A stretch of DNA of 64,000 nt from Candidatus Nanopelagicales bacterium (GTDB lineage Bacteria > Actinomycetota > Actinomycetes > S36-B12), in contig JBBARV010000001.1 in assembly GCA_040399625.1 (NCBI GenBank), positions 335,486-399,485 of the forward strand, in the 5' to 3' direction. The notes under the pieces were generated by a model that was not told the origin of the DNA, searched no databases, and worked only from the letters and a program-made list of their open reading frames with translations. Position numbers and translations under genes: made by a program. Positions within the stretch are counted from its first letter, which is position 1, and every line of letters starts with the position of its first letter. Positions 50,673 through 61,923 of the stretch are shown here, piece after piece.

Positions 50673-51314
50673 ATGACGTATAGCAGAGGGACCGATGGTG
50701 GCCCGTGGGATGAATCTGACCCGGGTGTGCCCAGTGATGATCTCGATTCCAGACGTCTAATCGATTTTGGTTCGATGCGGCTTCAGGTTCCCGAAGGTGT
50801 TGAGGTGCAAGTCCAAGCTGATCAAGGATCAGGTCGAATCACGCAATTGTCACTGCGTGACGGTGAGAGTGGAATGCAACTGCAACCATATGCATCGCGT
50901 AAGACCGGTGGCATGTGGCCGGAGGTCGTCGAATCACTGAAGTCATCCATTAATTCATCTGGGGGGTTGGTGGAAACTGCCCAGGGGCAATTTGGGATTG
51001 AGGTTGTTGCTCAGATCCAGGCAGCCGGTGAGAGTGGTTCCCTCCAACCTGCCCGATTTATTGGAATCGACGGCCCTCGGTGGTTTTTGCGGGCTGTATT
51101 CATGGGCAAGGCAGCTCGAGACCAACAAGCGGCAGTTCGCCTTACGCAGATCCTCACGAGCGCATTGGTGGTGCGTGGAACATCGGCAATGGCCCCCGGT
51201 GCTCCGCTGGTCATGAATTTGCCCGCCAACACCAACACGGAACAAGCATCACCAGTGAGCGCCCCTAATCTGAACCCATTTGCGCGTGGTCCAGAGATCA
51301 CAGAAATACGATAA
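50673..51314 (+). CDS. DUF3710-like conserved actinobacterial protein
   Basis: GPWDESD start, GPRWFLRAVFMG. Position after dut is conserved. Confidence 0.55.
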   Translation: MTYSRGTDGGPWDESDPGVPSDDLDSRRLIDFGSMRLQVPEGVEVQVQADQGSGRITQLSLRDGESGMQLQPYASRKTGGMWPEVVESLKSSINSSGGLVETAQGQFGIEVVAQIQAAGESGSLQPARFIGIDGPRWFLRAVFMGKAARDQQAAVRLTQILTSALVVRGTSAMAPGAPLVMNLPANTNTEQASPVSAPNLNPFARGPEITEIR

Positions 51315-51319
51315 TCGTT

Positions 51320-51694
51320 ATGAGCGCTATTGGTCGTGCATACCGCAAGTTCACTGCCACGACCGCGGAACTTGAATCAAAGGAACTGCGGGATCAATTT
51401 GGTGTCCTAGCGCACGTCGAAACGCAACTCATTGGCCAATGCGAATCTGGTGCAGAGGTTGAGGTTGTCGGAAGCATACGCAGCGTTAGTGTTGCGCCAT
51501 CAAGTAAATCACCAGCACTTGAGATTGAAATCTACGACGGATCTGGAGTGGTCACGGTTATCTGGATGGGGCGGCGCATGATTCCGGGGATCGTTGCTGG
51601 TCGAACCGTAAAGGTATTCGGCCGGATCACATGCAACGCTGATCGCTCCATTATCTTTAACCCAAGATACGAATTGAGACCCCTCTCCCGATGA
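51320..51694 (+). CDS. OB-fold domain protein
   Basis: 124 aa, beta-rich (VEVVGSIRSVSV...VTVIWMGRR...VKVFGRI), in the conserved position between the DUF3710 and DUF3159 genes. Confidence 0.55.
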   Translation: MSAIGRAYRKFTATTAELESKELRDQFGVLAHVETQLIGQCESGAEVEVVGSIRSVSVAPSSKSPALEIEIYDGSGVVTVIWMGRRMIPGIVAGRTVKVFGRITCNADRSIIFNPRYELRPLSR

Positions 51695-52392
51695 CAAGCC
51701 CCGAACAGATCGAGCCCGATCCAGAGATGACCCGACCTTCAGGTCATGAGCACGTAACCCCTGCTGATCTTCGCGCTGAGCGAATAATGCTGGATAAAGC
51801 GATTGGCGGGTGGCGCGGCTTATTTGATAGCGGCGCACCGACACTCGTTTTTGTGGTTGTTTATTTGATTCAACCCGATAATTTGCAGATTGCACTTTGG
51901 TCAGCAATCGGGGTTGGTGTTGTAATCGCTGTGTATCGAATGATTCGTAAAGACTCGCTGCGACAAGTAATCGCGGGTCTGGTCGGCGTTGGTATTGCGG
52001 CAGGGTTTTCGGCCTGGACTGGTAAGGCGGAAAACTTTTTCCTTCCCGGACTGCTGACGAACGCGGCCTATGGCACGGTTTTCTTGATTTCGATCCTGGT
52101 TCGCTGGCCGCTCATGGGCGTTTTCCTAGGTTTGTTTAGCGGAACAGGAACGAAATGGCGCACCGTACCCGAGTACGGTCGCGCTGCTGCTGCTGCAACC
52201 TGGATCTGGGTCGGCATGTTTTTCTTACGTTTGGCTGTTCAACTTCCCCTGTTTTTGGCCGGGTCAATTGGTGCACTCGGTGTTCTCAAAGTGGTCATGG
52301 GTTGGCCGTTATTTTTAGCCGCTGCCTACTTCACCTACCGCTTATTGCAGCCGATCTACAACAAGTTGGAATCAACAAAAAATCAGGAGTGA
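51691..52392 (+). CDS. DUF3159-like membrane protein
   Basis: Polytopic, 4-nt overlap with the upstream gene, conserved neighbour of trkA genes in actinobacteria. Confidence 0.55.
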   Translation: MTSPEQIEPDPEMTRPSGHEHVTPADLRAERIMLDKAIGGWRGLFDSGAPTLVFVVVYLIQPDNLQIALWSAIGVGVVIAVYRMIRKDSLRQVIAGLVGVGIAAGFSAWTGKAENFFLPGLLTNAAYGTVFLISILVRWPLMGVFLGLFSGTGTKWRTVPEYGRAAAAATWIWVGMFFLRLAVQLPLFLAGSIGALGVLKVVMGWPLFLAAAYFTYRLLQPIYNKLESTKNQE

Positions 52393-53042
52393 CCCAGCAT
52401 CTGCTGTAACGCGGACTCTTGGCGTGGTGAGGCGACAAAAATCAGTTCATCCCCTATTTCTAATGGATCATCGGCGGTGGGTGCGATCACCCGGTCACCC
52501 CGAACTATTGCGACAAGGGCAGTGTCCTCTGGCCAATCCTGAGCACCAACCCGCTGGCCGGCAACAGGTGAGTCTGAGGCCAATGTGATTTCGAGTAGAT
52601 CGGCCTCGCCTTGGCGGAACGAAAACAGTCGGACCAGATCTCCCACGGAGACGGCTTCTTCAACGAGAGCTGACAGCATGCGTGGTGTGGAAACCGCGAC
52701 GTCGACACCCCAGGTTGAATCAAACATCCATTCGTTTTTCGGGTGATTTACCCGAGCGACAACGCGCGGGACTCCAAATTCGGTCTTTGCCAGAAGTGAA
52801 ACGACCAAATTTACTTTGTCGTCACCGGTCGCCGCAACGACAACATCGCACTCAAAAAGACGGGCTTCTTCGAGGGCGCTCACCTCACAGGCATCAGCCA
52901 TTAAAACTTCCGCGCCTTCAACGACTCCTGGTCGAGCCAATGCGGCATCTCGATCAACGAGTAAAATTTGATGCCCGTTTTGAATAAGTTCGCGAGCGAT
53001 TGCCCGCCCTACTTTGCCCGCCCCTGCAATTGCAACCCTCAT
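52383..53042 (-). CDS. trkA: Trk potassium uptake system NAD-binding subunit
   Basis: MRVAIAGAGKVGRAIA Rossmann motif plus an RCK_C domain. Confidence 0.87.
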   Translation of the reverse strand: MRVAIAGAGKVGRAIARELIQNGHQILLVDRDAALARPGVVEGAEVLMADACEVSALEEARLFECDVVVAATGDDKVNLVVSLLAKTEFGVPRVVARVNHPKNEWMFDSTWGVDVAVSTPRMLSALVEEAVSVGDLVRLFSFRQGEADLLEITLASDSPVAGQRVGAQDWPEDTALVAIVRGDRVIAPTADDPLEIGDELIFVASPRQESALQQMLGHS

Positions 53043-53704
53043 GAATTTCCCTTCTCTCCGAAGAGTGCAATTCCCTCAATGCGCTCACGTTCGGCTGGTG
53101 GAAATAATAGGTGGACTGCGTCATCCTGTTGGATAACTAAATTTGCTGTTGGCAATACTGACGCACCGTAGCGAGTAATGAATGCAATCCGGGCACCCGT
53201 TGCCTCTTCCAATTCAATGGCATTACGGCCTAGCCAGCGCTCGTGCAGGGGGACTTCGGCCAAAGTCATGGTTCCGGTGGAATCAGTAAATTCCTCGGCG
53301 GCTCCCGTTGGAAGAACAGCCTTCATGATCTGTGTCGCAGTCCAGGAAACGGTGGCGACCGTCGGGATACCGAGTCGCTGGTACACCGCGGCTCTTTTCG
53401 GGTCGTAGATTCGGGCTATCACGTGCGCGACTCCATATGTTTCCCTGGCTACCCTGGCACCCAAAATATTTGTATTGTCACCGCTACTTACCGCCGCAAA
53501 TGCGTGTGCCCGGTTGATTCCCGCGGACTCTAATGTTTCTCGGTCAAAGCCGATTCCCTTCACCGTTACTCCGGTGAAATTAGCACTGAGTTTGCGAAAC
53601 GCTGACGCATCCTGATCAATAATGGCAACAGAATGCCCCTGCTCATCCAACCAAGTGGCAAGGAGAGAACCAACTCGGCCACAACCCAGAATCACAATAT
53701 GCAC
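53039..53704 (-). CDS. trkA: Trk potassium uptake system NAD-binding subunit (second paralog)
   Basis: MHIVILGCGRVGSLLA Rossmann motif plus RCK_C. A 4-nt overlap with the downstream paralog. Confidence 0.87.
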   Translation of the reverse strand: MHIVILGCGRVGSLLATWLDEQGHSVAIIDQDASAFRKLSANFTGVTVKGIGFDRETLESAGINRAHAFAAVSSGDNTNILGARVARETYGVAHVIARIYDPKRAAVYQRLGIPTVATVSWTATQIMKAVLPTGAAEEFTDSTGTMTLAEVPLHERWLGRNAIELEEATGARIAFITRYGASVLPTANLVIQQDDAVHLLFPPAERERIEGIALFGEKGNS

Positions 53705-53733
53705 TCTCGTACGCTACACGTTGGTGCTGGGGC

Positions 53734-55710
53734 TTGACCCAGCAATACGAGGCTGGTCTACCCTTGGGGATCGTGTCGATCGCAGATGGTGTTAAACGAG
53801 CGATTTTGGGCCGGGCCCTTCGCAGTGATCGGCTATCGGAAACTCTATTGCCCAAAAGAATCGCATTGCCAGTTTTTGCGAGCGATGCCCTGTCCTCAAA
53901 CGCATATGCCACCCAGGAAATCCTGTTGGTTCTCTCATTGGGCGGCGCTTCACTATTTGCATTCGGACCATGGATTGCCGCCGGTGTTGTCGTGGTGTAT
54001 TTCGTGGTTATTGCCTCATATCGGCAAAACGTTCGCGCCTACCCGAACGGGGGTGGGGATTATGACGTGGTTGCAACCAATCTGGGCCCGCGTTGGGGTG
54101 TCTTTGTTGCTAGCGCGCTGTTGATCGACTACGTCCTCACCGTGGCGGTCTCAATTTCTGCAGCGGTAGCAAATCTAGGGTCAACAATTGGTTTCGTTGA
54201 GCAACATAATGTTTGGTTTGCTGTCGGGGCAGTTGTCATTGTGACGCTTCTCAATTTGCGAGGCGTCAAGGAATCAGGCGGGATGTTTGCTATTCCCACC
54301 TATATTTTTATTGCGTCAATCTTCATCATGATCGGCGTTGCGGTTTTTAAGGCAATTACTGGTCAGCCAATGCTGGCAGAAAGTTCAACTTGGGAAATTT
54401 CCCAGGAGGGGACTTTGACGGGACTGGCTCTTGTTTTCCTTCTTGCGCGGGCTTTCAGCTCGGGAACCACGGCGTTAACCGGAATTGAGGCTGTGGCTAA
54501 CGGGGTGCCGGCCTTTAAAGAACCTAAATCAAAGAATGCGGCAACAACACTTCTGTTACTTGGGGTGATCAGCATGCTGATGTTCAGCGGCATCACCTGG
54601 TTAGCCATTAAAACCGGGGTGAAAGTAACTGAATCTGATGCAAACCTAATTGGGCTCCCGGCTGGAGAGACGCAAAAAACTGTGATCGTCCAAGTTGCGG
54701 CTGCGGTCTTCGACAATGCGGGTTGGGCTGTTTTGTTCATATCCTTGGCGACTGCGCTGATTCTGGCACTTGCGGCAAATACAGCTTTTAATGGTTTTCC
54801 CATGCTGGGATCGATCTTGGCGCGTGATGGTTACCTACCTCGTCAATTGCACACACGTGGGGACAGGCTGGCTTTCAGTAATGGGATTTTTGCGCTTGCA
54901 GGGTTGGCTGTCCTTCTCATCATTGGTTTTCAGGCAGATGTAACAAAGCTCATTCAGTTATACATTATTGGTGTCTTCATTGCTTTTACTCTGGGTCAAT
55001 TCGGAATGATTCGACACTGGAGTCGGTTGCTCAAGATTGAAACTAATCACAGGGAACGGCAACGTTGCATTCGTTCCCGCATAGTGAATGCAATTGGTTT
55101 TGTCATGACAGGAACCGTGCTGATAATCGTGGTGATTACTAAGTTCACTCACGGAGCTTGGATAGTTATTTTGGCTTTACCAGTAATTTTTTATGTGATG
55201 TTACGTATTCATCGGCACTATGACAAAGTGCGAAGAGAATTAGCAACCCTCGAAACTGATCACATCACGTTGCCAGCACGAGTGCATGCACTCGTGCTCG
55301 TCTCTAAAATTGATAAGCCGACCCTTCGTGCAATCGCTTATGCCCGAGCTAGTCGTCCAACTGTTCTTGAGGCAGTTACTGCCAATGTTGAGGATTCGGA
55401 GACAGAGCGCCTACAGCAGGATTGGATCCGTAGAGATATTCCGGTGACGCTACGTATTCTTGATTCACCGTACCGAGAGATAACAAGTCCCATCATTGAT
55501 TACGTGAAAGAAATCAGATCGGAATCTCCCAATGACCTCATCGCTGTATTTGTACCGCAATATGTCGTTGGTCATTGGTGGGAACAGGTTCTGCATAATC
55601 AGTCGGCATTGAGACTCAAAAGTCGGTTACTTTTCTCGAACTCGGTCATGGTTATCAGCGTTCCATGGCAATTGGAATCAAGTGAGCACAGTCTCGAAAA
55701 TGACTTCTAA
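53734..55710 (+). CDS. APC-superfamily permease with a cytoplasmic C-terminal domain
   Basis: About 12 TM helices (N-terminal SSNAYATQE pattern) followed by a soluble tail of about 190 aa. Divergent from the trkA pair. Confidence 0.78.
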   Translation: MTQQYEAGLPLGIVSIADGVKRAILGRALRSDRLSETLLPKRIALPVFASDALSSNAYATQEILLVLSLGGASLFAFGPWIAAGVVVVYFVVIASYRQNVRAYPNGGGDYDVVATNLGPRWGVFVASALLIDYVLTVAVSISAAVANLGSTIGFVEQHNVWFAVGAVVIVTLLNLRGVKESGGMFAIPTYIFIASIFIMIGVAVFKAITGQPMLAESSTWEISQEGTLTGLALVFLLARAFSSGTTALTGIEAVANGVPAFKEPKSKNAATTLLLLGVISMLMFSGITWLAIKTGVKVTESDANLIGLPAGETQKTVIVQVAAAVFDNAGWAVLFISLATALILALAANTAFNGFPMLGSILARDGYLPRQLHTRGDRLAFSNGIFALAGLAVLLIIGFQADVTKLIQLYIIGVFIAFTLGQFGMIRHWSRLLKIETNHRERQRCIRSRIVNAIGFVMTGTVLIIVVITKFTHGAWIVILALPVIFYVMLRIHRHYDKVRRELATLETDHITLPARVHALVLVSKIDKPTLRAIAYARASRPTVLEAVTANVEDSETERLQQDWIRRDIPVTLRILDSPYREITSPIIDYVKEIRSESPNDLIAVFVPQYVVGHWWEQVLHNQSALRLKSRLLFSNSVMVISVPWQLESSEHSLENDF

Positions 55711-56935
55711 ACCGGTGCTGGAGATCGGAAAACATTACTTAGCCGATGTTGGCAACATTGCCCACGGTGGTCACTTTGTCACACATATTGAAGGCTGTGT
55801 GGTTTTTGTTCGTGGAGCTTTAACGGGTGAGCAGGCCCGAATTCAGATCACGCATAAAAGGCAAAAGGTTTATTTCGGAATAGCGCAAGAAATATTGGAG
55901 CGCTCAGAGTTCCGAGTCATTCCCAGTTGCCAAGCCAGTCAATTGTGTGGGGGATGCGATTTTCAATACATTGCCCCACCGAATCAAAGGGCGCTCAAAA
56001 CCCAGGTACTCCGGGAATCTCTGCAACGTTTTGCTTCCCTCGGTGGAACCCAAGTGGATCGCATAGTTGGTTCCGGAGTCCGCGTAATCGGTGATCCCGC
56101 AGGATTGGGTTGGCGCACTCGAGCGCGTTTTGAATGGGATGAAGGTTGGCAGATGCACCAGTACCGCAGTGATCTGATGGTCAAGACACCGCTGTGCACG
56201 ACGATAACGACAGAAATGGGTGAAGAACTCTCGAGACTCGAGCAGATCGGGGGACTGCCACCGGGTGAATACACATTTGCGCAGGGAGTAGAGGGGGTTA
56301 GCGTCGTTGGCCCAATGGGGCACGTGTCCGGGCCACAAACGGTCACCAGGCAGTTCGCCGAAATGACATGGGATAGCAGCCCTAAAGATTTCTGGCAATC
56401 CAATGCGGCGCTTTTGTCTGAAGTTTCTGATCGCATTCGTGAATCAGGAGTCGTGTCAAAAGGGGCCAAATGGTGGGACCTCTACGCCGGTTCGGGCGTT
56501 TTTTCGCTCTTGTTGGCACGCCTCGTGGAAGATACCGGTTCGGTGACGAGTGTGGAGGGAAACCGAAACACTTCCCTCCTTGCCCGCGATCGTTTCAGCG
56601 AGGTCCAGGAAACCCAAGTGGCACCCGTCCAGGTAATTAACTGCAGCGTTGAGTCTTTCGTGGGGCACATGGAGAAAGTTGATGGCAGCCCTGATGGGGT
56701 ATTTCTTGATCCACCGCGCTCGGGCGCCGGCATTGCGGTGTGTGAGGCCCTACTCGAAACTTCGCCCGAGTGGATCCTCTACCTTGCATGTGATCCCGTT
56801 GCCCTCGCGCGTGATACCAAAGTGCTGTGCGCGGGTGGAAATTATGAATTGAACAGCGTCACCGCTTGGGATGCTTTCCCGATGACCCATCATTTTGAAT
56901 CACTGGCAGTGTTTACGAGGACCAAAGTATCTTGA
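55682..56935 (+). CDS. TRAM-domain class I SAM-dependent RNA (uracil-5) methyltransferase (RumA/TrmA family)
   Basis: N-terminal TRAM-like beta barrel, Cys cluster (CGGCDFQ), WWDLYAGSGVF SAM motif, DPPRSGAG, and catalytic YLACDP. Confidence 0.8.
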   Translation: MSTVSKMTSKPVLEIGKHYLADVGNIAHGGHFVTHIEGCVVFVRGALTGEQARIQITHKRQKVYFGIAQEILERSEFRVIPSCQASQLCGGCDFQYIAPPNQRALKTQVLRESLQRFASLGGTQVDRIVGSGVRVIGDPAGLGWRTRARFEWDEGWQMHQYRSDLMVKTPLCTTITTEMGEELSRLEQIGGLPPGEYTFAQGVEGVSVVGPMGHVSGPQTVTRQFAEMTWDSSPKDFWQSNAALLSEVSDRIRESGVVSKGAKWWDLYAGSGVFSLLLARLVEDTGSVTSVEGNRNTSLLARDRFSEVQETQVAPVQVINCSVESFVGHMEKVDGSPDGVFLDPPRSGAGIAVCEALLETSPEWILYLACDPVALARDTKVLCAGGNYELNSVTAWDAFPMTHHFESLAVFTRTKVS

Positions 56936-56960
56936 CGTCAAGATACTTGTGATATCTTGA
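56926..56960. repeat. Three interlocking copies of TATCTTGA / TCAAGATA (perfect 22-bp palindrome plus a third arm)
   Basis: AGTATCTTGACGTCAAGATACT (56926-56947) is a perfect palindrome spanning the methyltransferase stop codon. ATATCTTGA recurs at 56952-56960, 29 nt before the acn start. Confidence 0.7.
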
Positions 56961-56988
56961 TCATAAGAAATCTAAGCCGGGAGGTCTC

Positions 56989-59646
56989 GTGACTAGTCTG
57001 AATTCGTTCTCCGCAAAGGAAACCCTCACAGTTGGTGGTGAGGAGTTCGAAATATTCGCCATTGACGCAGTCCCCGGCAGTAAGAATCTGCCATTCACCC
57101 ACAAGATTCTGCTGGAAAATTTGCTCCGAACCGAGGATGGGGTCAACGTCACGGCGGAAACAATTGCGGCCTTGGGAAATTGGGATGCCAAGGCCGAGCC
57201 CACCGAGGAAATACAATTCACCCCTTCGCGGGTTGTCTTACAGGATTTTACCGGGGTCCCGGTCGTGGTTGACCTCGCCACAATGCGTGAGGCCGTAATA
57301 GCCCTCGGTGGTAACCCCGACAAAATCGAGCCGCTTAATCCGGTTGAGCTGGTTATCGATCACTCTGTTATTGCAGATTTTTTTGGGACCCTCGATTCAG
57401 CCGAGCGAAATGTCGAGCTTGAATACGAACGCAATTTGGAGCGCTACCAGTTCCTTCGTTGGGGACAAAGTGCATTTGATGAATTCAAAGTCGTTCCCCC
57501 CGGCACTGGGATTGTGCATCAGGTAAATATCGAAAATTTGGCGCGGGTGATTATGGCTCGGGGCGGGCAGGCCTACCCGGACACTGTTGTGGGCACGGAT
57601 TCGCACACGACCATGGTTAATGGTCTCGGTGTGCTGGGTTGGGGTGTCGGTGGAATTGAAGCCGAGGCAGCAATGCTCGGCCAATCTGTCTCAATGCTTA
57701 TTCCTCGAGTCCTTGGCTTCAAGCTGACAGGCGAACTACCGGCGGGTACGACCGCTACCGACTTGGTTCTGACCATCACAGAGATGCTGCGTAAGCGTGG
57801 AGTCGTGGGTAACTTTGTGGAATTTTATGGCGATGGCGTTAGTTCGGTTCCGCTGGCAAACCGAGCCACAATCGGAAATATGAGCCCCGAATATGGCAGC
57901 ACGGTTGCTATTTTTCCAATCGACGAAGTGACATTGAACTACCTCGCCCTAACGGGGCGGACCCCAGAGTCAATCGAGTTAGTGAAGGCTTATGCCCAGC
58001 GACAAGGTTTGTGGCATGACACTAGTTCACACGCAATCTACTCAGACACAATTGAACTGGACATGAGCACAGTGGTGCCCAGCCTTGCAGGTCCTAAGCG
58101 ACCACAGGACCGGGTAATTTTGGCGCAATCTCAACCAATGTTTAAAAAAGCACTCGCAGACTTCACTACGGCACCGGCACATAAAGTGCGTATTGATATT
58201 GCAGGCGAGTCAGTGGAAGTTGGTCACGGGGCTGTTGGTGTTGCCGCAATCACTTCATGCACCAATACGTCAAACCCTTCAGTCATGATGGGCGCAGGGA
58301 TTCTGGCAAAAAAGGCCGTGGAACGTGGCCTCACCCGCAAACCATGGGTTAAGACAACCTTGGCTCCGGGGTCAAAGGTAGTAACGGACTACTACGAGAA
58401 GTCCGGCTTACTGCCATATTTGGAAAAACTTGGATTCAATGTTGTGGGTTACGGCTGCACAACCTGTATCGGGAACTCTGGTCCTCTGATTCCTGCATTA
58501 TCAGGTGCAATAAATACGGATGACCTCATCGTTAGTTCGGTTCTCAGCGGTAATCGAAACTTTGAGGGTCGAATTAATCCCGACGTCAAAATGAATTACT
58601 TGGCATCACCACCATTAGTTGTTGCTTATGCAATCGCTGGAACAATGGACATTGACCTTATTAACGATCCACTCGGTTTCGATGAAGATGGAACACCTGT
58701 TTTCCTCGCCGACATCTGGCCTTCGTCAACGGAGATAGAACAGGTGATTTCGGAATCAATCGACTCGCAAATGTACATTGATCGCTACCGGGATGTCTTT
58801 GCCGGTGATGAAGTGTGGCGAGCGCTGCCAACCCCGACCGGCAGTATTTTTCAATGGGATGCCCAGAGCACTTATGTCCGGCGTCCTCCATATTTCGAGG
58901 GGATGCAGCGCGAACCCTCACCGGTGACCAACATCAGCGGTGCACGTGTCCTCGCCTGGCTGGGTGACTCGGTCACAACCGACCATATTTCACCCGCGGG
59001 TTCAATAAAAGCCGAGTCACCGGCCGGTATTTACTTGAGTGAGCACGGTATTGAACGCAAGGATTTCAATTCATATGGTTCACGCCGAGGCAATCACGAA
59101 GTCATGATTCGCGGCACTTTCGCCAACATTCGATTGAAGAATCTAATCGCGCCGGGAACAGAAGGAGGGTTCACCGTTGATTTCACGGACCCCAACACGG
59201 GCGTAACAACAATCTATGACGCTGCAATGAAGTACCGAAGCGAAAACATTCCGCTGATTATTTTGGCGGGCAAAGAATACGGCTCTGGGTCGAGTCGTGA
59301 CTGGGCCGCCAAAGGCACCGCACTTCTCGGTGTGCGGGCAGTTATCGCCGAGTCTTACGAACGAATTCATCGATCCAATTTGATCGGCATGGGTGTACTG
59401 CCATTGCAGTTCGTCGAAGGTGAGAATGCTCAAACACTTGGGCTCGCGGGCAATGAAGTTTTTGCCATAGACGGTGCTACCGAACTCAATGCCGGAATAA
59501 CACCTAAGCGATTAATGGTGAGTGCGACTACGCCAGAGGGAAGCGTCATTGATTTCGCTGCTGTCCTACGGATCGATACACCTGGTGAAGCTGATTACTA
59601 TCGAAATGGTGGAATTTTGCAGTACGTCCTTCGCTCACTCCTGTGA
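56989..59646 (+). CDS. acn: Aconitate hydratase A
   Basis: [27 protein letters not shown] Fe-S ligand motifs and the swivel domain. GTG start after GGGAGG. Confidence 0.95.
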   Translation: MTSLNSFSAKETLTVGGEEFEIFAIDAVPGSKNLPFTHKILLENLLRTEDGVNVTAETIAALGNWDAKAEPTEEIQFTPSRVVLQDFTGVPVVVDLATMREAVIALGGNPDKIEPLNPVELVIDHSVIADFFGTLDSAERNVELEYERNLERYQFLRWGQSAFDEFKVVPPGTGIVHQVNIENLARVIMARGGQAYPDTVVGTDSHTTMVNGLGVLGWGVGGIEAEAAMLGQSVSMLIPRVLGFKLTGELPAGTTATDLVLTITEMLRKRGVVGNFVEFYGDGVSSVPLANRATIGNMSPEYGSTVAIFPIDEVTLNYLALTGRTPESIELVKAYAQRQGLWHDTSSHAIYSDTIELDMSTVVPSLAGPKRPQDRVILAQSQPMFKKALADFTTAPAHKVRIDIAGESVEVGHGAVGVAAITSCTNTSNPSVMMGAGILAKKAVERGLTRKPWVKTTLAPGSKVVTDYYEKSGLLPYLEKLGFNVVGYGCTTCIGNSGPLIPALSGAINTDDLIVSSVLSGNRNFEGRINPDVKMNYLASPPLVVAYAIAGTMDIDLINDPLGFDEDGTPVFLADIWPSSTEIEQVISESIDSQMYIDRYRDVFAGDEVWRALPTPTGSIFQWDAQSTYVRRPPYFEGMQREPSPVTNISGARVLAWLGDSVTTDHISPAGSIKAESPAGIYLSEHGIERKDFNSYGSRRGNHEVMIRGTFANIRLKNLIAPGTEGGFTVDFTDPNTGVTTIYDAAMKYRSENIPLIILAGKEYGSGSSRDWAAKGTALLGVRAVIAESYERIHRSNLIGMGVLPLQFVEGENAQTLGLAGNEVFAIDGATELNAGITPKRLMVSATTPEGSVIDFAAVLRIDTPGEADYYRNGGILQYVLRSLL

Positions 59647-60008
59647 TTCGACCGCCCGCTGGATGGCCGACGGACTTGGTCTCCTCATTCGATCCGGAGT
59701 TCCTGGGGCAGGTTTGCCGTTGGCTATTGGAGCGACTGCCGGGTGAATTTCGCGACACTGAGATCAGATCTGACCCGATCGCCCTTTCATGGGTGCTTCA
59801 CGAACGCACAAAAAGCGACCTTGAGTTGATGCGGCGGCTGTATGCCACCGCTCGCGTCAGCTCGGGAAGTACGCGACCATCCGAGCTCTTGGAGGCTCTT
59901 AGCGAGATCGGGGCGCAACTGCTGCGGACAGAGCGCGAAGTTAATTCTGTCGTCAGTGCCATCGCTGCGCTAGACCACAGCAAGATAAATGCTTCTGATC
60001 TAGACTAA
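59643..60008 (+). CDS. Hypothetical protein overlapping the acn stop
   Basis: 121-aa ORF. The GTG overlaps the acn TGA (GTGA). No family recognised. Confidence 0.4.
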   Translation: MIRPPAGWPTDLVSSFDPEFLGQVCRWLLERLPGEFRDTEIRSDPIALSWVLHERTKSDLELMRRLYATARVSSGSTRPSELLEALSEIGAQLLRTEREVNSVVSAIAALDHSKINASDLD

Positions 60009-60012
60009 GGAG

Positions 60013-61923
60013 ATGCGATATCTGGAGGCAATCCGCGATCCCCGTGATGTGCGAGCCCTCCCAGCTAACAAGCTCCCCGAACTAGCTCGTGAGATCCGCG
60101 CATTTCTGGTTGAAAAAGTCTCTGCAACGGGTGGCCATTTAGGGCCAAACCTTGGTGTCGTTGAATTGAGTATTGCGCTCCATCGGGTATTTCGATCGCC
60201 AGAAGATGCCATCATTTGGGACACCGGTCACCAGGCCTACGTCCACAAAATTTTGACGGGGCGGGCCGGAGAGTTCGACTCGCTACGCCAAGAAGGCGGA
60301 ATGAGTGGCTATCCCAGCCGCAGCGAAAGTGTCCATGACATTGTTGAAAATTCACACGCGTCGACGGCGCTGTCGTATGCCGATGGAATAGCGAAAGCTT
60401 GGCAACAGCGTGGCTTGCTGGGGGAGCAACACGTAGTTGCCGTTATAGGTGATGGCGCTCTGACCGGTGGGATGGCGTGGGAGGCTTTAAATAATATTGC
60501 CACGGGGGAGAGACCGGTCGTGATTGTTGTTAACGACAATGCGAGGTCTTATTCACCGACAATTGGTGGGCTGGCACACCACTTACACACCCTCCGCACC
60601 GCACCGAATTATGAGAAAGTCATGGGTTGGGGCAAAAGGGTATTGCTGCGCACCCCTGTTGTTGGTCCTCCCGTTTTTGACGCATTGCACGGGATGAAAA
60701 AGGGCGTCAAAGATGTCGTTGCGCCACAGGGAATGTTTGAGGATCTCGGGCTGAAATATATCGGTCCGGTAAACGGCCACGATGAAGCAGAAGTGGAATT
60801 CGCCTTGAGCCGTGCCCGGGATTTCGAGGCGCCGGTAATTGTTCACGTGATAACGCACAAGGGTCAGGGCTACGCTCCGGCTGAGGCCGATGACGCCGAT
60901 CGTTTCCACGGCGTTGGGGTAATCGATCCTGAAACTGGATTACCGGTTGTTGCTGCCGGCCGAAGTTGGACCAAGGCATTCTCTGACGAATTGGTTTCAA
61001 TCGGCCGTGTCCGACCTGATGTAGTTGCAATAACCGCAGCAATGCTTGGACCAACAGGTCTCGATCAATTTGCTCAAGAGTTTCCTACTCGCAGTTATGA
61101 CGTGGGTATTGCTGAACAGCATGCGGTTACCAGCGCAGCAGGTTTGGCATATGGCGGAATGCATCCGGTTGTGGCCGTATATGCGACGTTTTTGAACCGG
61201 GCATTCGACCAAGTTGTCATGGATTGTGCACTGCACAAGGCCGGAGTGACCTTCGTTCTGGACCGGGCTGGGGTCACTGGTGATGACGGAGCAAGCCACA
61301 ACGGGGTCTGGGACATGTCCATGTTGCAGATTGTGCCGGGGCTACAGATCGCCGCGCCACGTGATGAATCAACTTTGAAACAAGCCTTACGTGAATCGGT
61401 TGATATCAATGATGCACCCTCGGTTGTTCGCTTTTCTAAAGGCGCGATCCCGCAAGATTTTCCAGCGCTTGTTCGTGAAGGGTGCGTGGACGTTCTGGCT
61501 CGCCATGGAAATGTTGAAGTGTGCATTGTTGCGATCGGTTCCTTTGCCCAACTAGGGCTAGATGTCTCAGAGGGGCTCAAAGCACAGGGCATCGGGGCTC
61601 AGGTACTCGATCCGCGCTGGGTGAAACCAATCCCGCAATATGTACTGGATCAGGCGGCGAAGGCAACATTGGTGATCGTGCTTGAAGACGGCATTCGAAC
61701 GGGTGGTGTGGGCGCTGCGCTAAGCCAAGCTTTACGAGATACAAATGTTGACGTTCCCCTGCGCAACTTTGGTACCCCGTTGGCTTTCCTTGATCACGCC
61801 AAACGGAGTTCGATACTCGCGGATCTAGGACTCACCCCTCAGTCAATAACTCGGTCAATAACTGAGTGGATGGCAAGCAATGAACGTGGTCAAAGTGTCG
61901 AATCAGTCACGCAGGAACACTAG
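60013..61923 (+). CDS. dxs: 1-deoxy-D-xylulose-5-phosphate synthase
   Basis: [35 protein letters not shown] (TPP motif), and transketolase-like domains. Confidence 0.95.
   Translation: MRYLEAIRDPRDVRALPANKLPELAREIRAFLVEKVSATGGHLGPNLGVVELSIALHRVFRSPEDAIIWDTGHQAYVHKILTGRAGEFDSLRQEGGMSGYPSRSESVHDIVENSHASTALSYADGIAKAWQQRGLLGEQHVVAVIGDGALTGGMAWEALNNIATGERPVVIVVNDNARSYSPTIGGLAHHLHTLRTAPNYEKVMGWGKRVLLRTPVVGPPVFDALHGMKKGVKDVVAPQGMFEDLGLKYIGPVNGHDEAEVEFALSRARDFEAPVIVHVITHKGQGYAPAEADDADRFHGVGVIDPETGLPVVAAGRSWTKAFSDELVSIGRVRPDVVAITAAMLGPTGLDQFAQEFPTRSYDVGIAEQHAVTSAAGLAYGGMHPVVAVYATFLNRAFDQVVMDCALHKAGVTFVLDRAGVTGDDGASHNGVWDMSMLQIVPGLQIAAPRDESTLKQALRESVDINDAPSVVRFSKGAIPQDFPALVREGCVDVLARHGNVEVCIVAIGSFAQLGLDVSEGLKAQGIGAQVLDPRWVKPIPQYVLDQAAKATLVIVLEDGIRTGGVGAALSQALRDTNVDVPLRNFGTPLAFLDHAKRSSILADLGLTPQSITRSITEWMASNERGQSVESVTQEH

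Noticed and set aside
56926-56960. Iron-responsive-element-like hairpin for aconitase autoregulation
   Set aside because: The possible loops (ACGT or CTTGTGA) do not match the CAGUGN IRE loop and there is no bulged C.
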